DNA from: an uncultured bacterium
GTDB lineage: Bacteria > Hydrothermota > Hydrothermia > UBA1063 > CAJXJZ01
Direction of reading: 5' to 3'
Length of the DNA stretch: 64,000 nucleotides
Assembly (NCBI GenBank): GCA_913055745.1
Contig: CAJXJZ010000004.1
Location: forward strand, 8,957-72,956
Positions 57,528 through 64,000 of this stretch are shown here, piece by piece; positions within the stretch are counted from its first letter, which is position 1; each line of letters begins with the position of its first letter. The notes beneath the pieces are model-generated. The model was not told the origin of the DNA, did no database searches, and saw only the letters and a list, made by a program, of their open reading frames with translations. A program made the position numbers and the translations under genes.

Positions 57528-60134
57528 ATGGAAGGTGCAGCACTTTTGATCGGCATAATGTTTGCAATACATCCTGCAAAAAATGTTCAACGCAGGATAA
57601 AGACAATAACTTCTAAGATTCAGGAATACAGGGCAAAGGGTGAAATAGAAAAAATAAACAATCTCATATATAAAGGGCGGATGGCTAAAGATACCTCGTA
57701 CACTATTCAAGGCGTAGTTACGGATACAAATAATCAACCCATTATAGCAGGTTGCTATGTATATATTTACGATGCATACAGTGGCAATCTACTTCATACG
57801 CTCTTTCCAGATATAAACGGAGAGTATATAGACACCCTTCCCAAAGGTGCATACATCATCCAGGCACAGGGAGATATGTATCCCACATTTTATTACACTC
57901 AAAATGGAGGCACAGAAAGGATTGAGGATGCTGAGATACTCTGGCTCTTGCAGGATACGAACAATATAAACCTTAGAATACCCGATGGGAATGTAATAAC
58001 AGGACATCTTTATGATACAACAGGAACGCCCATAGGTAATGTATATGGCTCTGCCGCATTAGTGGACACCATCTCTAAAACAGTTATTTATAAGCCCCTT
58101 TCAACAGACACAACAGGGTACTACATGATAGAGGGCATAAACAGGGGTGATTTCAAGATAAAGTACTATGTATCAGGCTATACAAATACATTCTATGGTA
58201 ATACAACAAACTGGTTCAATGCCCATGTGCTCACATTTTCCTCATGGGGAGATACCCTAAGTGGCATTGATGTAAACCTCAATGGAAGTGGAAGTGGGAC
58301 ACAACAAGGCAATGGTGTTATCACAGGTCTCTTGCTTTCCGATACCAATGATACCGTACGAGATCCATGGCCCTGGGCAATGGTCTTTGATGCAAATACA
58401 AACGCCTATGTCTATGCCACATTTGACTATGATTCTACAACAGGGGTCTATACTATAAGCGAACTTCCAACAGGCACCTACAAGGTGAGAATAGACCCAT
58501 CAGACTATCTTCCACAGTTTTACAACGATAAGGACAGCATTCAGGTAGCAGACCCAATAAGCGTTACAGATGGCGACACAACACATAACATCAATTTCTA
58601 CTTTCATAGAGGAGGAGCAGTTTCAGGCATGATTGTGGACACAGATGGCTATGGGTACACTGGCGCCTATTATATAGACTTTTACAACAGCCATACAGGT
58701 GACCTCGTATATAGCGAATTTGGAAGTACACCTGACGGTAATTTTACAACAGGCACAGACCTTGAGACAGGAACATATAAGGTATCCGTTTATCCAACGG
58801 ATATAGGCACATCCCAGTGGTATAAAGGCGCCCATTCCTTTGAAACAGCAGACACCCTTGTGGTAACAGCACCCTATACGACAAGTGGTATAAACTTTGA
58901 TTTTTCTGGCTGGACAGGCATAATATCAGGCACAGTAAGGGATATAGATGGGAATCCCATCAAGTCTTATGTTGATGTGTATTTTGGAGATGTAAACGAA
59001 TTTGTAAGTGAGGCAACTACAGATGATAGCGGGCACTTTGTTGTATCACATCTTCCCGCAGCATCGTACACCATCTACATTACTCCTTATGGCAACGATA
59101 CCCTCTATTACCTTTACATGGGACAGTGGTATGATGGGCAGCCGTCATGGACAAATGCCACAAGGATAACCTTAAACCAGGGAGATAGCGTAGATGTTAA
59201 TATAACACTCCAAAAAGGGGGAAGGTTTGTTGGCAGTGTCATAGATTCCATTACAGGACAAAAAATCCCAAGAGATGAACACGACTTTACGATACTGTTT
59301 TTCAAAGATGGTACGGATAAACCCTACCGAGCGGATCTTTGTTCTTATGGCACTTTTGAAAGCGATGTCTTGTTCCAGGGCTCTTATAAGATGTTGCTTT
59401 TACCAATATCCAGTTATGACACATCCCAAAATGCACCTTTGGACTACAACCCATATCATTTTGAATTCTATAATGAAAGTTTAAATTATTCCAACGCCAC
59501 CAGTTTAAACCTCATGCCAGACTCAATTATTATATGCGATTTTAATACCACAAAGGTCCCGGGTGCTATTGAAGGACATGTTATGAATGGCTCAAATCCA
59601 TTAAGTGGAGCATATTATTATGTTATTGCTATCAATACAGAAGGGTATCCAGTGGCTATATTTGAAACATCCGATACATCGTACTATCACATAGGTGGGC
59701 TTGTCCCGGGTAATTACTATCTTTATCTGTGGCCATACGGACTTTGGTATAACCAGGTCTATTATCCCATTGATATAGAAAAAATGCCCTACAATATTCC
59801 GCAGAATGCAGAGGCAATAAGTGTTGGTTCACAAACAGTAACTGATATTAATTTTGATATAACAAATATTAGAGAACATGGGGGCAAAGATATATCTCTG
59901 CCTAAGATTAGCACAATTATTAAGGGAAACATGCTCTTTATCTCATCAGCGCAAAAAGTAGCATCTGTAAAAGTCTTTGATGTAAATGGTAGAGAGATCA
60001 CCCATGCTTTTAACAAGGATAAGAACTCTCATCTTAGGATACAACTTAATAGGATTCAAAGCGGCATATACTTCGTCGCACTCTGTATTGACAACGGAAA
60101 GAAGATACTTAAAAAAGTGATGATATTAAAATAG
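57528..60134 (+). CDS. Surface protein with carboxypeptidase-regulatory-like (CnaB/transthyretin-fold) repeats and T9SS-like C-terminal domain
   Basis: Repeats 'I.G.V.D..G.P...G.Y...L..G.Y...QWY...A......G...INF'; C-terminal 'VFDVNGR...SGIYFV...KKVMILK'. Confidence 0.82.
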   Translation: MEGAALLIGIMFAIHPAKNVQRRIKTITSKIQEYRAKGEIEKINNLIYKGRMAKDTSYTIQGVVTDTNNQPIIAGCYVYIYDAYSGNLLHTLFPDINGEYIDTLPKGAYIIQAQGDMYPTFYYTQNGGTERIEDAEILWLLQDTNNINLRIPDGNVITGHLYDTTGTPIGNVYGSAALVDTISKTVIYKPLSTDTTGYYMIEGINRGDFKIKYYVSGYTNTFYGNTTNWFNAHVLTFSSWGDTLSGIDVNLNGSGSGTQQGNGVITGLLLSDTNDTVRDPWPWAMVFDANTNAYVYATFDYDSTTGVYTISELPTGTYKVRIDPSDYLPQFYNDKDSIQVADPISVTDGDTTHNINFYFHRGGAVSGMIVDTDGYGYTGAYYIDFYNSHTGDLVYSEFGSTPDGNFTTGTDLETGTYKVSVYPTDIGTSQWYKGAHSFETADTLVVTAPYTTSGINFDFSGWTGIISGTVRDIDGNPIKSYVDVYFGDVNEFVSEATTDDSGHFVVSHLPAASYTIYITPYGNDTLYYLYMGQWYDGQPSWTNATRITLNQGDSVDVNITLQKGGRFVGSVIDSITGQKIPRDEHDFTILFFKDGTDKPYRADLCSYGTFESDVLFQGSYKMLLLPISSYDTSQNAPLDYNPYHFEFYNESLNYSNATSLNLMPDSIIICDFNTTKVPGAIEGHVMNGSNPLSGAYYYVIAINTEGYPVAIFETSDTSYYHIGGLVPGNYYLYLWPYGLWYNQVYYPIDIEKMPYNIPQNAEAISVGSQTVTDINFDITNIREHGGKDISLPKISTIIKGNMLFISSAQKVASVKVFDVNGREITHAFNKDKNSHLRIQLNRIQSGIYFVALCIDNGKKILKKVMILK

Positions 60135-60139
60135 GTGTT

Positions 60140-60168
60140 TTGACTTTCCAGAAGGGATAAGTTAAAAT
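60140..60168 (+). promoter_or_regulatory. Putative leaderless promoter of the sugar permease operon
   Basis: TTGACT-17nt-TAAAAT, 7 nt before ATG 60176; no SD. Confidence 0.6.
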
Positions 60169-60175
60169 TAAGCAC

Positions 60176-61117
60176 ATGAAAGGACTAAAAGCATATATAA
60201 TACCACTACTTTTTTTAAGTCCAGCACTCTTGCTCCTTATCGTCTTTAGGTTCTTCCCTATACTATATGCGTTCTTATTGAGTTTTCAGGATTGGGGCAT
60301 TGGCGGTTCAAAAGGCTTTATAGGGCTTTTAAACTATAAATGGCTTCTTCAGGACCCATTTTTCTGGCAGTCATTCTGGAACACCATAAACTACGCTATC
60401 ATAGCCGTTCCTTTGAGTATTATTGTTTCTCTTTTTATCGCATCTTTGTTAAACAAAGGCCTTAAGGCACTTGGACTTTACAGAACAATCTACTTCCTGC
60501 CGGTCATCACCTCAATGGTAGCCGTATCAATAATATGGAAATGGATGTACGACCCTCAAAGAGGTGTATTTAACTATTTTCTAACACTCCTTGGCATGCA
60601 CCCTCTAAAATGGCTTGAGGAGCCCAGAGGTATAATTGAACTCATTGTTGGAAAGGAACTCCCATATCTTATAAAAGGGCCATCCTTAGCACTTGTATCA
60701 ATAGCGATAATGAGCGTCTGGAAATCTATGGGATACAACATCGTTATATTTCTCGCTGGACTAAAGAATATCCCTGATGTTTACTATGAGGCAGCAAAGA
60801 TTGATGGTGCAGGACCCTGGCAAAGGATAAAGAATGTCACACTTCCCTTGCTTTCTCCAACTACATTCTATGTTACAATAATGACAACCATTGCCTCACT
60901 GCAGATATTTGCTCCTATCTGGCTCATGACAGGACCACCCCCTGGCGGGCCTCTCGGAAGAACATCAGTAGTTATTTATTATCTATACCAAAAAGGTTAT
61001 GAGGAGTATCAGGTAGGTTATGGCACAGCGATTGCTTTCGTATTTTTCCTGTTCATTTTAGCAATAACCATATTCCAAAAAACTGTACTTGAAAAGAAGG
61101 TTTATTATGAAGTTTAA
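60176..61117 (+). CDS. Carbohydrate ABC transporter permease (MalF/UgpA-like)
   Basis: 'FIGLLNY', 'RTIYFLP', EAA motif 'YEAAKIDGA'. Confidence 0.93.
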   Translation: MKGLKAYIIPLLFLSPALLLLIVFRFFPILYAFLLSFQDWGIGGSKGFIGLLNYKWLLQDPFFWQSFWNTINYAIIAVPLSIIVSLFIASLLNKGLKALGLYRTIYFLPVITSMVAVSIIWKWMYDPQRGVFNYFLTLLGMHPLKWLEEPRGIIELIVGKELPYLIKGPSLALVSIAIMSVWKSMGYNIVIFLAGLKNIPDVYYEAAKIDGAGPWQRIKNVTLPLLSPTTFYVTIMTTIASLQIFAPIWLMTGPPPGGPLGRTSVVIYYLYQKGYEEYQVGYGTAIAFVFFLFILAITIFQKTVLEKKVYYEV

Positions 61118-61934
61118 AAACATACTCTCAAAGATCATCATATACACGATTGTAATCTCGGGCGCACTTTTTTCTCTCCTTCCATTCTTGTGGATGATCT
61201 CTACCTCTTTTAAGACACAGAGAGAAGCCATCCAAATTCCCCCCACATGGATCCCTAAGTTATTTACCTTAGATGCTTACAAAATGGTGTGGACAAAAAT
61301 ATCATTCCCGAGATACCTCTATGTATCTACTGTTATAACGGTATTCACACTCTTAGGAGTTGTTTTAACTTCACTACTTGCAGCGTATGCGTTTTCATGG
61401 TTTAAGTTCAAAGGAAGGGAAACACTATTTGTTTCTCTTCTTGCACTGATGATGGTGCCCATTCCTGTATATGTAATCCCTCTTTTCATCCTCGTACAGT
61501 ACCTTGGTTGGCTTGACACATATTATGCACTTATTGTTCCATGGTCTGTTAATATATTTGCCATATTTCTTTTAAGGCAGCATATGCGTAGTATTCCTAA
61601 GGACCTTTATGATGCCGCCATTATAGATGGATGCGGGCGTTTGTGTTTTCTTTTTAGGATAATCCTACCCCTTATAAAGCCTGCTGTGGTCACCATATCT
61701 ATTTTCAATATAATAGGCTCATGGAATGCCTTTATGTGGCCCCTTATGGTGGTAAACAGCAACAAAATGAGACCTATTCAGGTTGGACTTGCTTACTTCT
61801 CTCAAGGAGAAAGCACAAACTATCCTGCATTGATGGCTGCGTCATTTATCGCCATCTTACCACTCGTTATTTTATTCTTTATTGCACAGAAACAGATTGT
61901 GGCAAGTTATGCCAAAAGTGGTTTAAAAGGCTAA
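61107..61934 (+). CDS. Carbohydrate ABC transporter permease (MalG/UgpE-like)
   Basis: 'PFLWMISTSFK', 'AAYAFS..F.GR', 'LYDAAIIDG', 'WNAFMWPL'. Confidence 0.93.
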   Translation: MKFKNILSKIIIYTIVISGALFSLLPFLWMISTSFKTQREAIQIPPTWIPKLFTLDAYKMVWTKISFPRYLYVSTVITVFTLLGVVLTSLLAAYAFSWFKFKGRETLFVSLLALMMVPIPVYVIPLFILVQYLGWLDTYYALIVPWSVNIFAIFLLRQHMRSIPKDLYDAAIIDGCGRLCFLFRIILPLIKPAVVTISIFNIIGSWNAFMWPLMVVNSNKMRPIQVGLAYFSQGESTNYPALMAASFIAILPLVILFFIAQKQIVASYAKSGLKG

Positions 61935-61946
61935 AGGAGGTATAGG

Positions 61947-63422
61947 ATGTATATCAAGGAGGATAATATATTCTCTCGTTCAAAAAAAGGGAAAAAAGGT
62001 TATACCATTTTGGAAGAAAATGCATCTTTGTCCTTGTTTGATAAGTACAAGGATGAGCTCGCAACATTTACAAGCAATGAAGAACCAAATCTCCCGGAGT
62101 TATCTGAGCCTGATGTAATAAGGCATTTCGTAAGACTTTCCAACATGAACTATAATGTTGACCTTGGTTTTTATCCACTTGGCTCCTGTACAATGAAATA
62201 CAATCCCAAGATTAATGAAGAAGTCGCCTCCTTAGATGGATTTAAAGAACTTCATCCTGAGCAGCCTGACTATACGGTTCAAGGGGCTCTCAGAATTATG
62301 CATGAACTTGCAACATATCTTGCTATTATAAGCGGTATGGACGCTATTACACTTGAACCTGCTGCAGGGGCACATGGAGAATTAACGGGCATAAAGATTA
62401 TTAAGAAATACCATGAAAAAAACGGGGAAAAGAGGAAGTACATCTTGATTCCTGACTCTGCACACGGCACAAACCCTGCATCAACCCAATTGGCAGGATA
62501 CACGGCAAAAACCATAAAATCCAATGACCTTGGGATGATAGATATTGAGGCCCTTCAGAAGCATCTTAATGAAGAAGTGGCCGGCCTAATGGTAACAAAT
62601 CCCAATACACTCGGGATATTTGAAAAAGACATAAAACAGATTGCCGATATGGTACATGCAAAAGGCGCACTTATGTATATGGATGGTGCAAACCTTAATG
62701 CACTGTTAGGCTATATACGGCCTGCAGATTTAGGTTTTGATGTACTACATTTTAACTTGCACAAAACCTTTTCCACACCACATGGCGGTGGTGGACCTGG
62801 TAGTGGTGCAATTGGTGTAAAGGCATATTTAAAAGAATTTCTCCCAGGATATGAGATTTTAAAAGAAAATGGTAGGTATGTGAAAAGGCGTCATGGTAAA
62901 AATTCAATAGGGAAGATACTTGCCTTTATGGGACATTTTACTGTGATGGTGAGGGCTTACGCATATATAAGGATGATTGGGAGAGAACATCTAAGAGAGA
63001 TTGCAGAAAACGCTGTAATTAATGCAAATTATCTTAAAAAACTCGTAAAGGATGCGGGATACAAAGTGCCATATGATTCAATTACAATGCATGAGTTTGT
63101 CGCCTCAGCCATGCAAATAAAGAAAAAATATGGTATAAAAGCACTGGATATAGCAAAAAGGCTCCTCGACTTTGGATTTCATGCCCCGACTGTGTACTTC
63201 CCCCTTATAGTTCATGAGGCCCTTATGATAGAACCCACAGAAACAGAGTCAAAGGAAACCCTTGAAGCCTTTGCTAAAGCGTTGAAAGAGATACTAAAAG
63301 AGGCGGAGGAGAACCCCGAAGTGTTAAAGAGCGCGCCTCACAATACCCCTGTGGGAAGGCTCAATGATGCATATGCTGTGAAGCATCTACGGTTAAAATA
63401 CGAGGAAAAAGATGAAAGATAA
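61947..63422 (+). CDS. gcvPB: Glycine dehydrogenase (decarboxylating) subunit 2
   Basis: 'PLGSCTMKYNP', 'AGAHGE', 'DSAHGTNPAS', 'YMDGAN', PLP site 'NLHKTFSTPHGGGGPG', 'IEPTETES'. Confidence 0.96.
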   Translation: MYIKEDNIFSRSKKGKKGYTILEENASLSLFDKYKDELATFTSNEEPNLPELSEPDVIRHFVRLSNMNYNVDLGFYPLGSCTMKYNPKINEEVASLDGFKELHPEQPDYTVQGALRIMHELATYLAIISGMDAITLEPAAGAHGELTGIKIIKKYHEKNGEKRKYILIPDSAHGTNPASTQLAGYTAKTIKSNDLGMIDIEALQKHLNEEVAGLMVTNPNTLGIFEKDIKQIADMVHAKGALMYMDGANLNALLGYIRPADLGFDVLHFNLHKTFSTPHGGGGPGSGAIGVKAYLKEFLPGYEILKENGRYVKRRHGKNSIGKILAFMGHFTVMVRAYAYIRMIGREHLREIAENAVINANYLKKLVKDAGYKVPYDSITMHEFVASAMQIKKKYGIKALDIAKRLLDFGFHAPTVYFPLIVHEALMIEPTETESKETLEAFAKALKEILKEAEENPEVLKSAPHNTPVGRLNDAYAVKHLRLKYEEKDER

Positions 63423-64000
63423 AATACTACATAAAATAGAAAAGCGAGACATAAAACTCTCTGTTATTGGCCTCGGATATGTTGGTCTCCCACTTGCTAC
63501 GGAATTTGCAAAGTCCAAAATACAAGTAATAGGATATGATACAGACGACAAAAAGGTTGAGAAGATTAACAATGGTATATCTTACATTAAAGATGTAAGT
63601 TCTGAGGAGTTAAAAAAACTCGTAGAAGAAGGCCTTTTATCTGCCACTTGCGATAGCACTATCTTAAGTGAAGTAGATGCAATACTTGTGGCTGTTCCAA
63701 CCCCATTATCAAAAACAAAGGATCCTGATCTGAGTTATGTTTTAAAAGCAGCCCATGATGTTAAAAAGCATCTAAGAAAAGGACATATTGTATCATTTGA
63801 AAGCACGACTTATCCTGGGACAACAGATGAAATAATCCTCCCGATACTTGAGGAAACAGGCCTCAAGGCCGGTAAGGACTTCTTCCTTGCATTCTCTCCT
63901 GAGCGCATAGACCCAGGTAACCCAAAATACACAGTGAAGAACACGCCTAAATTGGTTGGTGGCGTGGAACCATTCTCCACTCTTGTGGTAAGTAAACTCT
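63412..64000 (+). CDS. Nucleotide-sugar dehydrogenase (UDP-GlcNAc 6-dehydrogenase/WbpA-WecC family), 3'-truncated by the window
   Basis: Not in the ORF track. Translates MKDKILHKIEKRDIKLSVIGLGYVGLPLA...VAVPTP...ESTTYPGTT...FSPERIDPGN. Confidence 0.92.
   Translation, partial: MKDKILHKIEKRDIKLSVIGLGYVGLPLATEFAKSKIQVIGYDTDDKKVEKINNGISYIKDVSSEELKKLVEEGLLSATCDSTILSEVDAILVAVPTPLSKTKDPDLSYVLKAAHDVKKHLRKGHIVSFESTTYPGTTDEIILPILEETGLKAGKDFFLAFSPERIDPGNPKYTVKNTPKLVGGVEPFSTLVVSKL

Noticed and set aside
1024-62524. Numerous 60-150 aa antisense or nested ORFs in the track
   Set aside because: They lie within well-supported genes and show no recognisable motifs; shadow ORFs.
1-64000. CRISPR array, tRNA/rRNA, IS or prophage
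   Set aside because: Intergenic gaps are at most about 215 nt with no spaced repeats or cloverleaf; no transposase or phage genes recognised.

Overview
AT-rich, very gene-dense chromosomal segment of a diderm bacterium. The gene content (PorV-like barrel, FlgD-Ig and T9SS-like C-terminal sorting domains, TonB/ExbBD, trmFO-xerC, pepP-efp-accB) suggests an FCB-related candidate lineage such as WOR-3; this assignment is inference only. There are about 59 CDS, mostly housekeeping (rsmA, rho, rluD, purA, rplY, pth, efp, accB, fabD, fabG, recO, trmFO, xerC, cobB, polX, gcvPB). I saw no rRNA, tRNA, CRISPR array or mobile element. Four things stand out. (1) An 8-gene coupled operon (18.6-26.7 kb) encodes an Ig/FlgD protein, a PorV-like barrel fused to FlgD-Ig, a long TPR protein, ExbB, two ExbD (one lacking the conserved TM Asp), TonB and an Ig/degenerate-OmpA protein; it is a candidate TonB-powered T9SS-like envelope machine. 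(2) Overlapping geranylgeranyl reductase and GGGP synthase genes, i.e. archaeal-type ether lipid enzymes, occur in a genome that also has FASII genes. (3) A split eukaryote-like LKR + saccharopine dehydrogenase sits in one operon with a fused Fe-S flavoprotein of the proline/opine dehydrogenase type. (4) Several sigma70 promoters lie 7-9 nt before start codons, pointing to leaderless mRNAs. All calls come from motif recognition by eye; no database searches were run.
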